DNA of 64,000 nt from Mobula hypostoma (lineage: Eukaryota), in the NCBI RefSeq assembly GCF_963921235.1, contig NC_086128.1:15500001-15564000 (forward strand). The letters run 5' to 3'. Positions 12,142-24,033 of the stretch are shown piece by piece (position 1 is the first letter of the stretch; every line of letters starts with the position of its first letter). The notes under the pieces were generated by a model, which saw only the letters and a list, made by a program, of their open reading frames with translations, searched no databases and had not been told where the DNA came from. Position numbers and translations under genes: made by a program.

Positions 12142-15100
12142 CATAAGACCATAAGACAAAGGAACAGAAGTCGGCTATTCAACCCATCGAGTCTGCTCCA
12201 CCATTTTATCATGAGCTGATCCATTCTCCCATTTAGTCCCACCTCCCCGCCCTCTCACCATAACCCTTGATGCCCCGGCCACTCAGGTACCTATCAATCT
12301 CTGTCGTAAATACACCCAATGACTTGGCCTCCACTGCCACCCGTGGCAACAAATTCCATAGATTGACCACCCTCTGGCTAAAAAAATTTCTTCGCATTTC
12401 TGTTCTGAATGGGCGTCCTTCAATCCTTAAGTCATGCCCTCTCGTACTAGACTCCCCCACCACCGGAAACAACTTTGCCACATCCGCTCTGTCCACGTCT
12501 TTCAGCATTCGAAATGTTTCAATGAGGTCCCCACTCATTCTTCTAAACTCCAAGGAATACAGTCCAAGAGCGGACAAACGTTCCTCATATGTTAACCCTC
12601 TCATTCCCAGAATTATTCTAGTGAATCTTCTCTGTACCCTCTCCAACGTCAGCACATCCTTTCTTAAATAAGGAGACCAAAACTGCCCACAGTACTCCAA
12701 GTGCGGTCTCACCAGTGCCTTATGGAGCCTCAACACCACATCCCTGCTCCTATACTCTGTTCCTCTAGAAATGAATGCCAACATTGCATTCGCCTTCTTC
12801 ACCACCGACTCAACCTGGAGGTTAACCTTAAGGGTATCCTGCACGAGGACTCCCAAGTCCCGTTGTATCTCAGAACTTTGAATTCTCTCCCCATTTAAAT
12901 AATAGTCTGCCCGTTTATTTCTTCTGCCAAAGTGCATAACCATACACTTTCCAACATTGTAATTCATTTGCCACTTCTTTGCCCATCCTCCCGATCTATC
13001 AAGTCTCTCTGCAGACTCCCTGTTTCCTCAGCACTACCGGCCCCTCCACCTATCTTTGTATCATCAGCAAACTTAGCCACAAAGCCATTTATTTCATAAT
13101 CCAAATTGTTGATGTACAACGTAAAAAGAAGCGGCCCCAACACGGACCCCTGTGGAACACCACTGGTAACCGGCAGCCAGCCAAAATGGGATCCCTTTAT
13201 TCCCACTCTCTGCTTCCTGCCAATCAGCCAATGCTCTATCCACGTATGTAACTTTCCTGTAATTCCATGGGCTCTTATCTTAAGTAGCCTCATGTGTGGC
13301 ACCTTGTCAAAAGCCTTCTGAAATTCCAAAAATACAACATCCACTGTATCTCCCTTGTCTAGCCTACTGGTAATTTCCTCAAAAAATTGCAATAGGTTTG
13401 TCAGGCAGGATTTTCCTTTAAGGAATCCATGCTGAGTTTTACCTATCTTGTCATATGCCTCCAGGTACTCTGTAACCTCATCCTTGACAATCGACTCCAA
13501 CAACTTCCCAACCACCGATGACAAGCTAACAGGTCTATAATTTCCTTTTTGCTTCCTTGCCCCCTTCTTAAATAGCGGAGTGACATTTGCAATCTTCCAG
13601 CCCTCCAGAACCATGCCAGGATCTATCGACTTTTGAAAGATCATCGCTAATGCCTCCGCAATCTCCACAGCTACTTCCTTCAGAACACGAGGGTGCATTC
13701 CATCTGGTCCAGGAGATTTATCTACCTTTAGACTATTCAGCTTCCTGAGTACTTTCTCTGTCGTAATTGTGACTGCGCACACTTCTCTTCCCTGCCACCC
13801 TTGAATGTCCGGTATACTGCTGATGTCTTCCTCAGTAAAGACTGATGCGAAATACTCGTTCAGTTCCTCCGCCATCTCCTCATCTCGCATTACAATTTCT
13901 CCAGCATCATTTTCTATCGGTCCTATATCTACTCTCACCTGTCTTTTACTCTTTATATACTTGAAAAAGCTTTTAGTATCCTCTTTGATATTATTTGCTA
14001 GCTTCCTTTCATAGTTCATCTTTTCCCTCTTAATGACCTTCTTAGTTTCCTTTTGTAAGCTTTTAAAAACTTCCCAATCCTCTGTCTTCCCACTAATTTT
14101 TGCTTCCTTGTATGCCCTCTCCTTTGCTTTAACTTTAGCTTTGACTTCTCCTGTCAGCCACGGTTGCATCTTTTTTCCATTCGAAAATTTCTTCTTTTTT
14201 GGAATATATCTGTCTTGCACCTTCCTCACTTCTCACATAAACTCCAGCCACTGCTGCTCTGCCGTCCTTCCTGCTAGTGTCCCTTTCCAGTCAACTTTGG
14301 CCAGTTCCTCTCATGCCACTGTAATTTCCCTTACTCCACTGAAATACCGACACATCAGATTTCGGCTTCTCTTTCTCGAATTTCACAGTGAACTCAATCA
14401 TGTTATGATCACTGCCTCCGAAAGGTTCCTTCACCTCAATCTCTCTAATCACCTCCGGTTCATTACACAATACCCAATCCAGTACAGCCGATCCCCTAGT
14501 GGGCTCAACAACAAGCTGTTCTAAAAAGACATCTCGCAGACATTCTTCAAATTCTCTCTCTTGAGATCCAGTGCCGACCTGATTTTTCCAATCTACTCGC
14601 ATGTTAAAATACCCCACAATTATCATAACACTGCCCTTCTGACAAGCCTTTTCTATTTCCTGTTGTAATTTGTAGTCCACATCCCTGCAGCTGTTTGGAG
14701 GCCTGTATATAACTGCCATCAGGGTCCTTTTACTCCTGCGATTTCTTAGCTCAACTCATAAAGATTCTGCACCTTCTGTCACCTCTTTATAATGATTTAA
14801 TATTATTTCTTACCAATAAAGCCATGCCACCCCCTCTGCCTACCTGCCTATCCTTCCGATACACCGTGTATCCAGAGACATGCATCCTTTAGCCACGTCC
14901 CAGTGATGGCCACAATATCATACCTGCCAATCTGTAGCTGTACGACAAGATCATCCACCTTATTCCTTATGCTGCGTGCATTTAAGTATAACACCTTAAG
15001 ACCAGTATTTGGTACTTTGTGCTTTGATTTCACTGCAACTTTATTGCACTGCAACTCATCCCAATGGCTGCAAGTTTGCCCCATCACCTGCCTGTCCTTC

Positions 15101-15440
15101 CTGACACCTTTACTGCTCACTATCTTAGATTTATTTCTGTTTTCCCCCTCCTCCACTCTATCATTCTGGTTCCCATCCCCATGCCAAATTAGCTTAAACC
15201 CTCCCTAAGAGCTCTATTAAACCTTCCCGCCAGGATATTGGTCCCCTTCGGGTTCAGGTGTAACCCGTCCTTTTTGAACAGGTCATACTTCTCCCAGAAG
15301 AGATCCCAATGATCCAAGAATCTGAAGCCCTGCCCCCTGCACCAGTCTCTCAGCCACGCATTCATCTGCCTGATCCTACTATTCTTGCCCTCGCTAGCAT
15401 GTGGCACCGGTAGCAATCCCGAGATTACTACCCTGGAGGG
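12142..15440 (-). mobile_element. CR1 LINE, 5'-truncated within ORF1; frameshifted ORF2 (APE endonuclease + RT)
   Basis: ORF1 C-terminal SGNH-esterase-like part (KDGLHLN, 15189-15458); endonuclease LNARSIRNK and GSDHN; [12 protein letters not shown] and FADDTK; short tandem 3' tail at 12142. Confidence 0.93.
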
Positions 15441-15477
15441 TAGTAAGTCATAATTCATAATTCCTCAAAAGTCACAA

Positions 15478-15602
15478 ACAAGAGAACATCTGCAGATGCT
15501 GGAAATCCAAGCAACACACACAAAATGCTGGAGGAACTCAGCAGGCCAGGCAGCATCTATGGAAAAGAGTATAGTTGATGATTCAGGCTGAGTCACTTCA
15601 TC
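15478..15602 (-). repeat. Penelope terminal-repeat-derived fragment
   Basis: Homologous to 59487-59584; hammerhead core is degenerate. Confidence 0.65.
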
Positions 15603-18089
15603 AAAAGTGATCCACAATCAGTATGATGATGGTTTTCCCCCTGGAAGTTGGAAGTTGGAAGGCCTGTGACAAAGACCATGGAGATGTGTGCCCATGGTCT
15701 TTCCAGAATAGGTAGAGGGTGAAGGAGCCCCTGAGGTTAGGTGCGGGGCTCCCTGTTCCGGGTGCACACCTCGCATGCCAGCATGTACTGTTGGACCTCT
15801 CTCGCCTTTCCAGGTTACCAGTATCTTCTCTTAATGAACTCGAGGGTTCTGGCAACCCCTGGATGAATGGTCATTCTAGATGCATGTCCCTAAGTCTGTT
15901 CTTGGGAACCTCCACTTGTGCCTGGGCCTTGGGAATAAGTTAATCAATTCCGCAACGAATGGGCGATATCATCTCGGCTTGGGGCAAAATGGTGGCTGGC
16001 TGCTCCTCTCTTTCAAGTTCACCGAACTGAGGAGACAAGGCATCTGGTCTTTGACCCCTGGTCAATAGGTCAGAACAAAATTGAACCAGTTAAAGAAAAG
16101 AGACCACCTGGCCTGTCTGGAATTCAGTCTTTTGGCCTCCTGAATGTAAGCCAAGTTTTTGTGGGCTGTCCTTACAATAAAAGAATTCTTGGTTCCTCAA
16201 GCCAGTGTCGCCATTCCTTCAATGCCTACTTGACCGTGAGCAGCTCTCTATTTCTGATGTCATAGTTCACCTCTGTCGGGGATAGCCACCTGGAGAAGAA
16301 TGAACACAGGTGCAGTTTATTGTCCAAAGATGTCCATTGAGACAACACTGCACCCACTCTGATATCCGAGGCATCCACCTTCATGATGAAAGGAAGGTCT
16401 GGGGTAGGCGAGATCAAAATAGGAGCTGTCATAAACCGTTGTTTGAGTTCTGCAAAAGTAGCCTCGACTTCAGCAGTCCAAACAAAGGGGCCTGTGGATG
16501 TTGTAATTAGTACTGTCAGTGGAGCCACCGGAGAGCTGAAGTTCCTGATGAACTTCCAGTAAAAATGAGCAAATCCCAGGAATTATTGGACCTGTTTCAC
16601 ACTGGATGGTTGTGGCCAATCTCTGACTTCCTGTGTCTTAGTAGGGTCCATCTTGAGTTTGCCATTAGAGATGATAAAACCCAAAAATGAAACTGTGGTT
16701 ATGGGAAATTCAGATTTTTCCAGCTTGACATAAAGTCCATGATCTACAAGCCTCTTTAAGATATCTCTGATGTGAGCGATGTGCTCTTCCATAGACTTAG
16801 ATGATATTAGGTTGTCATCCAAGTAGACAAAGGCACACTTATGGAGACTATCCCAGAGCACGTCATTTATGAAAGCCTAGAAAACTGCTGGCATGTTGGC
16901 AAGGCCAAAGGGCATGACCTTTGGGTACTCATAGTGCCCTGTCGGTGCGTTGAATGCAGTCTTTCACTCAGCACTCTTCTTTATGTGGACAAGATTGTGC
17001 GTACTCCGCAGGTGTAGCTTCAAGAATATTCTCATCCTTGGAGAATCTCGAAGGCGGTGTTCATGAGCGGAAAGGGATAACGATTCTTGGCCATTATGCG
17101 ATTCAGTCCTCCATAATCATTGCCATAGGCTCCCATCCTTTTCTGTACGAAGAAGAAGCCTGCATCTGCTGGTGAAGTGAAGGGATGAATGAATCCCACA
17201 GCAAGAGCCTCTTTCATGTACCACTCCATTATGCTTCTGTCGGGCCCTGAGAGTGCGTACAATCAATCCCGTGGAGGACAAGTACTAGGCAGTAGATCTA
17301 TTGCACAATCATAGGGTTGGTGTGGGCCTTTCCCTTGCTGAAGACCTCTTCCAAATCCTTGTCGATGGAAGGTATATCGATCAGCTTGGGTGTTGCAACT
17401 ATCCCCAAAAATCTTGCCACCGACAACTCCAGAGGCTCCTTAAGTAGCAGGGGTAATTTGCCAGATCTGAGTCTCCTCTATAGGTTCACCAGAGTCCTTT
17501 GTTGACTCAGAGTCCAAACCTGACTCCAGAGACTTGACCAAATCAGAGTTTAAATCTTCATCCATGTCTTTAGATGACAGCACCAAGGAGCTATAAATAG
17601 TCTTTGTCCTCCTGGGACTAGGCTTCAAGGGTCTGCATTTTGGAGCCTTTCCCTTAGACGGCACTTGGCAACAAGTTTCCTTAGGTTTGGCTGCTAGGGC
17701 TCTAGAATTCTTGGGCACCTTCTTGGCAGGCTTCTTGGCTTGCTCCTGAATCAGAGACCCTCTTTCCCATTCCAGCCCACTCCCAACTAGACAGGGTCAG
17801 GACTAGCAGAGTCCTATTGACTGGAGGCGGCTTGTCTGCCCTTGGAGGCAGGACTGGGTCTCCCAAGTGCTTCTGGTTACCCCAAGCAAAAGTCTGCCTC
17901 TTCATTGGCCGTTGGTCTCGGGAGAGTCTGGGTTTGGAACACCAAACCAAAAACATCCCTCTTGCAAAGACTTGTCCATACAGGGTTCTCCCAACTTCCT
18001 AGTTCACAGAAGGGTTGCGCATGGACAGCTAAGAGTGCTCGAGGAACAGGGGTATGTGAGGAGAGTCTATGATATGAAAGCAAATATCC

Positions 18090-18385
18090 TTGAACTCCCC
18101 TCCATTGAGGACATTTACAGCAGCAGGTGCATAAAGGAGGCCTGGAAGATCACCGGGGACACCAGTCACCCCCACCATAAACTGTTTCAGCTGCTTCTGT
18201 CTGGCAAACGCTACCACAGCATTAAAGCCAGGACCAACAGGCTATGGGACAGCTTCTTTCTACAAGCCACTAGACTTATAAATGCACATGTCTGCACATT
18301 GCGGCGGAGTCATAACGCAAAGATTTTTACTTCCTCACGTTGTGGGACGGATGTAAGATTTAAATAAATAAATTCTTTAATTCTT
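18090..18385 (+). mobile_element. Rex1/Babar-type LINE 3' fragment nested in the Gypsy protease region
   Basis: LPSIEDIYSSRC...SHPHHKLFQLLLSGKRY...SFFLQATRLIN plus 3' UTR. Confidence 0.75.
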
Positions 18386-18729
18386 CAAAATTCTTCATTC
18401 GCAAAACCGACCATCCAGGGCAGTTACAGTCATGTGCAGGCTCAACTCCAGCAGAGGTATGTTGAACTGATGGGCTGTTCCCAAGTCCAGGAAGTTGCCA
18501 GCTGCCCCAGTCCACAAAGGCATTCATCGCTCGCTGGTTCTTTCCGTAGGAGGTCTCCATCTTCAGCTTGACACCGGAATCTGTAGGGATGGAAGTAGCA
18601 ACTACTACCCTCACAGTCCTTTGACAGCTGCAGCTACGGACGTTCGGCCCACAAGTGACCTGCTTCCCCACAGTAATAGCAGCAACCTCGACTCTGAGGC
18701 TGGGACCCCTCATCGGCGGAGAGAAATCG

Positions 18730-18922
18730 AATTTGAATAGACTTTGTTTCTTACATCCTTCACATACATGAGGAGTAAAAATCTTTACGTTACATCTCCG
18801 TCTAAATGTGCAATGTGCAACCATAGTAATTTATAGTAATTTATAATAAATAGAACAGTCAATGTAATATAGAGTACACTCAAATCAGCGTGAGTTAATC
18901 AGTCTGATGGCCTGGTGGAAGT
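18730..18922 (-). mobile_element. Rex1/Babar-type LINE 3' end nested in the Gypsy gag
   Basis: Inverted homolog of the 18290-18375 3' UTR; separates PMQIG from the zinc knuckle. Confidence 0.65.
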
Positions 18923-20079
18923 CAGGTGCAGCCGATTTGCATGGGCTTGACAGGATTTTGTGCAGTAGACAGGCTGGCTGTTATCTGAGGCCGGGAAGTG
19001 GAACTGCGATGTAATGCGGCAGGGTTTAGGCTAGCCCTCTTTGACCTCTGGAGATAATCACACTTTTGCTCCACCAGGCGATTATAGAGGTGGATGGACT
19101 GATCAATCAGAGCCTCTAAGCCCTCTACCGGCTTTCCCAAGGCAAGGGCATCCTTTAATTCACCTTGGAGTCCATGGTGGTACAGAGTGGCAAAAGCCAC
19201 AAGCCTTGGCCAAAGTCCGAAACTCAATAGTGGAGTCACCCTGACGCACCTTCATCAAACCGTCTGAGGCCCTGTAGGCTCCGGTGGGATGATGGAACAC
19301 CCACTTCATGGCGTTCATGAATTCTTCTGAATCAGAGAAAATCTCCAACCTCCACTCCCAATGCGCGGTGGCCCAGGCCAGAGCCTTCCCAGTCAGGAGA
19401 GAGATCATGAAAGCCACATTACCATGCTGCATAGAGAACTGGGATGGCTGGAGTTGGAACACCTACAAACACTGTGTGAGGAATCCATGGCAAGAACCCG
19501 GGTCACTGCTGAATCTCTCTGGGGTTAGAAGATGGTCTGACTCTGCAGAGGGACCAACAGCCTCCCCCGAGCAACTCTGGCTTCCTCCTTGTGACAGTTG
19601 GCGCATGGCGCCCTGGAGATTGTGTACTCCGCGAATTTTCTCGCTGTGGCTGGCCACAACTGACAAGAGGCTCCAATACCCCACTGGGTCCATGTTAGGC
19701 TCAGTTGTACTGTAACGAGCGAGCTAGACGAGGATGATAAAGAGACTAGAGTCGAGGCACGATATGAGACTGAAACAAGGACAGAGTTCTAAACCGACGC
19801 TTGACGGGAATCCAAACTGGAGCTGATGACTGAGCACAGAACCCTGGAAGTTGACGCGGTCGGGTGAGTATCGTAACACACATAGTCTGCTTGGACCTGC
19901 TTCACTAATTGAAAAGCAAAGAGTTCTCAAAAGAAATATTTGTTATTAATTAGCACCATGAAAATGTGCATTACTGAGTGATTCACCTCCAACCTTGTAA
20001 GCAGGGCTGGTGACTATGCCTCCATTTCAAAAGCAATTCATTGGCAGCATCAGATGCCTCACGGGCCGCATAAATTCCA

Positions 20080-20652
20080 GAATGTAGAACAAACAGTGCA
20101 GCACAGGAACAGGCCCTTCAAAGTTGTACCGAACTAATTAAATGGCCAACTAAACTAGTCTCTTCTGCCGACACAATGTCCATATCCTTCCATTTTCCTT
20201 ACATTCATGCGCGTATCGAAACATCTCTTAAAAGTCCGTAATGTATCTGCCTCTACCACCACCCCAGGCAACACATTCCAGGCACCCACCACTCCCTGTG
20301 TAAAAAAAATTGTCCATCACACCTCCTTTGAAATTATCCCCTCTCACCTTAAATGCATGCCCTCTGGTATTAGACATTTCAACCCCTGGATGAAGATAGT
20401 CTGTCTACTCTATGCCTCTCATAACCTTATAAACCTTTATCAGATCTCCCCTCAGCCTTTGCTGCTGAAAAAACCCAAGTTTGTCCAATCTCTCTTTATA
20501 ACTACATGCCCTCTAATCCAGGCAGTATCCTAGTAAGCCTCTTCTGCTCCCTCTCAAAGTCTCGACATCCTTCCTATAACGAGGTGACCAGAACTATATG
20601 CAATACTCTAACTGGAGTTTTATAAAGCTGACTTTTGAACTCAATGCCTCGA
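20080..20652 (-). mobile_element. Decayed CR1 3' fragment
   Basis: Homology to CR1 ORF2 C-terminus and 3' UTR. Confidence 0.7.
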
Positions 20653-21450
20653 TTAATAGAAGCAAGAAGTGAGCCTCGGGTACTTGAGATTGAGGGATTC
20701 AGCTTCCTGCGGATTTTTGGTGTGTCCAAACAACGAGGGTACTATCCTGGGGATAGACACACTGAGTAAGACAGGTGTTATCCTAGACTCCGCAAAAGGA
20801 GCAATATCATGGACAAGACAAGAACAGCGAACATGTGTGATCCCCAGAGCAGAGAACATGGCCCAGAGAGAGATAGCAACCCCAAGCAGGGACGGGACAT
20901 AGGAGGATGTGCATGAATCATGTCAGGAGGTCCCAAAGGTAAGGGCCCAATAGAATGAAGAACTGTTAAAAGTAGTGCAACTGCCTGCAGAGTCAGCAGC
21001 AATTAAAGTGAAGACACACTAGAAAAGTGAGAAACAAGTGCTGAAGGAGAATGAATGTGCAGATCGCGGGGCAAAGAAAGTAGCAGAAGAATATAAGATG
21101 ACAGAAATTGAGATGCAGAGAAAGAAATTACTGGAGCCGAATTAGTAAGATTATATGGACCTGTAAAGGACCATTGTAACCAGGTTAACACTTTGAGGGA
21201 CCAAGCAAAACAGCAGCAACATATTGCTTATCAGAGAGAGGCAGAGGAAGAGAAGATAGTCCTCCCACAGCCAGGTGCTCAGTCACTGTAAGAGAGCTGC
21301 CTGAAAAGATAGGGTTTGCTCCCAGGTGGATAAGGCTACAGATGGTGCCTTTGACAAATGACACCTGGTGACACAGCCAGTGGGAGCACTGGACTCAGGT
21401 TAAATAATATGACTCACATTCTTGTTGCCCTCAAAGACAGAACAAGGGTT
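20653..21450 (+). mobile_element. Highly decayed retroviral/LTR-element pol remnants (protease C-terminus, integrase C-terminus)
   Basis: GTILGIDTL (ILGRD-like) at about 20740; PQPGAQ/VTVRELPEKIGFAPRW...LTNDT at about 21265-21365. Confidence 0.4.
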
Positions 21451-22689
21451 CAAATCTATCCAGTAACATCGTCATTACAGAGAATTCAAGTGATGAACAC
21501 CAGCCTGACGCTTCATATCTGACCACTCCCGATGGAAGGAGACCTCCAGATGAAAAAGAATGGGAATGCAAATGCAGAGGACCAAGATAGTGTGTCTGCC
21601 AGCCATGAACAGCTTGTTAAAGTATAATGGTAACGTTACTTTGTAATGAAGGCTGGTTCTGGGAAGTAGAAAATTAGTTATATTGATCAGAATAGAAAGA
21701 TATTGGGAAAATAAATAGGAGGAAATTCAAGTTATGGCAGACAAATCAAGTTCCCCAACCTAATGGCATTGGAGACTTGAAAGGGAAATAAGCTGCCGAG
21801 TGTCTGAAGGCTGCCACTCCCATCTGGATGGGGAGTGGACACAAGTGAACTATGCATTTCAGTGATTGGGCCAGCAATCTAAAGGGCAGTCTGGGACGGG
21901 GTGCTACTCATGTGAGGTCCTTGCAGCCTTTTAAATAGAGACCAGCCCAAACCCTCCTGTAGATCGGTTGAAGGGACCGAAAGACTTGTTGTCAGATTAT
22001 TTTGACAATCTTTTGTCATGGCATGGAGTGTGAACTGTTGCCTATGAACCTAATACAGTTACCTTGCTGGTGTCTCTGCCCACAGGGTAACTATTGATAG
22101 CCACTGCTGAGTTTCAGCTATCAGTTACTGAGGGATGAAGATAAAGATGTGATGTAAACTGCAATGGGACAGCAGGGAATAAAAGCAACAAGCACATGAA
22201 CAACAGAAGTACATTTTATAGACTGTTTGACATTGAGAGAACAAAAATATCCAAGAAGAGGATGTGATCAAATTTCTGGGACATTTTATTGCCATCTCTG
22301 CTTACTCTTGTAGATACCCAGTTGGGGATGAGAGTGTAGATGTAGATGCAGGTACATGAGTAACTTGGGGACGGATCCAAAGTGAAGGACATTTTCACTG
22401 CCCTACTTAATTAGTTCCTCCTTAATGTTTGGCCTTCCAGAAATTTCTGTCCAGTGGCCAAGAGGAGGGAGCATTCTGGAGTTATGTAAATATAGCATAT
22501 ATATATTCAAGCAAGAATCAGTTCTTATTGTAAATTGCAAACAATAAATTGGTGTTCAAACCACAGGCTGGCCCCCAGTCTAAGATATATGGTGTACAAA
22601 ATGGTAACCATGGGATATTTGCATATGTAACAGCCAAACATTAAGACACTGGGGTTGTGGTAATTGGCCTGTATCAATCTAGGCACCTG

Positions 22690-23140
22690 TGGGCATAAGC
22701 CATGCTCTTTTCTCACTGCTGCCATCAGGAAGAAGGTATAAGAGCATTAGGACCCACATTTCCAGGTTCAGGAACAGTTATTTGCCCTTGACTATCAGGC
22801 TCTTGAACCAGTGGGGACAACTTCACTCAACTTCACTTGCTCCATCACTGAACTGTTCCCACAACCTATGAACTCACTTTCAAGGACTCTTTATCTCATG
22901 CTCTCAATACTTCTTGCTTATTTATTTATTATTATTATTTTTTTTTTCTTTTGTATTTGAAAGTTTGTTGTGTTTTGTTGTTTTGGTTGTTTATCTATCC
23001 TGTTGGGTGTGGTCTTTCATTGATTCTATTGAGTCTCTTGGACTTACTGAGTATGCTCACAAGAAAATGAATCTCATGGTTGTATATGGTGACATATATG
23101 TACTTCGGTGATAAATTTATTTTGAACTTTGGACTTTAAA
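22690..23140 (+). mobile_element. Rex1/Babar LINE 3' fragment
   Basis: HALFSLLPSGRRYKSIRT...RNSY...IRLLN plus 3' UTR and tttgaac tail. Confidence 0.75.
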
Positions 23141-23160
23141 GTAACTTGCACTCTTGTAAA

Positions 23161-24011
23161 TGTCATGTGTGAAGCCAAGCAGAGCTGCAGAACGGATGAT
23201 GCTAATGAGAGAGATAACGAGAGACAACGGAGAGCCATTCAAAATGCTAATAAGAGAGAAGAGAGAGATTAACGAGAGAGAGACACATAATTCAGTATGT
23301 GGCATCTGCCACAGACAGTTTGCTTTGAACCTGAACTGTTCACTAACAAATCCTGCTGAGACAATAGGAAGTGTGAAGTTTGATGGACAGGTGATACCCC
23401 ATCAGGGGGATAAAAATAGCGGGTTTGCGAAGGCACGGGACACACGCCACGAGACCCTGGAAAGAGCATTGTGCCCCACAAGTCAGTGGGAGTTTGGAGG
23501 ACCGATTCGCGGGAATTGGTCAGAGGCTCACAGGGTGTAAAGGTACGATCGGTGGGAACCTGGTGTGTGTCCACCCTTGCCTGGGTGCCGGGTTCACCAC
23601 GGAAGAACGATCGCATCCAGAACGGAGGAGTCACAGTTGGTGACCACAGTGGGATCAGAAGGCATCGAAAGGTTTGCCTGAAACCAACTGTAACCACTCT
23701 CTCTCTCTCTCTCTCCAACGGTACAACAACAGCGATTACTTCAAACTACACTAGACTGAACTGAACTCTGCTTCACCTTAAGACTGATCATTTTACCCCT
23801 AGACTGCGACAGAGCTTGGTTGATTCCTATTACCCCATTTCTGTGTATATGTGTATACTATCTTTGCTAACCTGTTACATTTATATCCTTGCGGTTAGTG
23901 TACTGTATTACTTATTTTTTTAATAAAACTTTATTAGTTCCTAGTAATCACAGACTCCAACCAGTGTTCCATTTCTGCTGGTTTGACAACACAGTTACGG
24001 GGTATGTAACA
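23161..24011 (+). repeat. 5' LTR of the Gmr1-like element
   Basis: TGTCATG...GTAACA; about 27 substitutions versus the 3' LTR by hand count, no indels seen. Confidence 0.95.
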
Positions 24012-24015
24012 TATG

Positions 24016-24033
24016 TGGGGGCTCGTCCGGGAT
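24016..24033 (+). promoter_or_regulatory. Primer-binding site, tRNA-Pro
   Basis: TGGGGGCTCGTCCGGGAT, the complement of the 3' 18 nt of tRNA-Pro, 4 nt after the 5' LTR. Confidence 0.9.

Larger units (their letters stand above)
15603..19880 (-). mobile_element. Decayed sushi-clade Ty3/Gypsy LTR retrotransposon, truncated in integrase; 5' LTR remnant from 19711
   Basis: Gag MDP...PERFSSDPGSCHGFLTQC...ISLLTGKALAWATA (PEG10/RTL1-like capsid); CYYCGEAGH knuckle; protease; RT YLDD; RNase H VDASD...NYDIRNRELL; integrase start ...IVDHF; LTR ends ...TTACA on the minus strand. Confidence 0.88.

Noticed and set aside
23160-23764. ORFs of 70-150 aa within the LTRs (also 31834-32354)
   Set aside because: They are repeated only because the LTRs are; no recognisable domain, and the 126-aa frame is broken by a TAG in the 3' LTR
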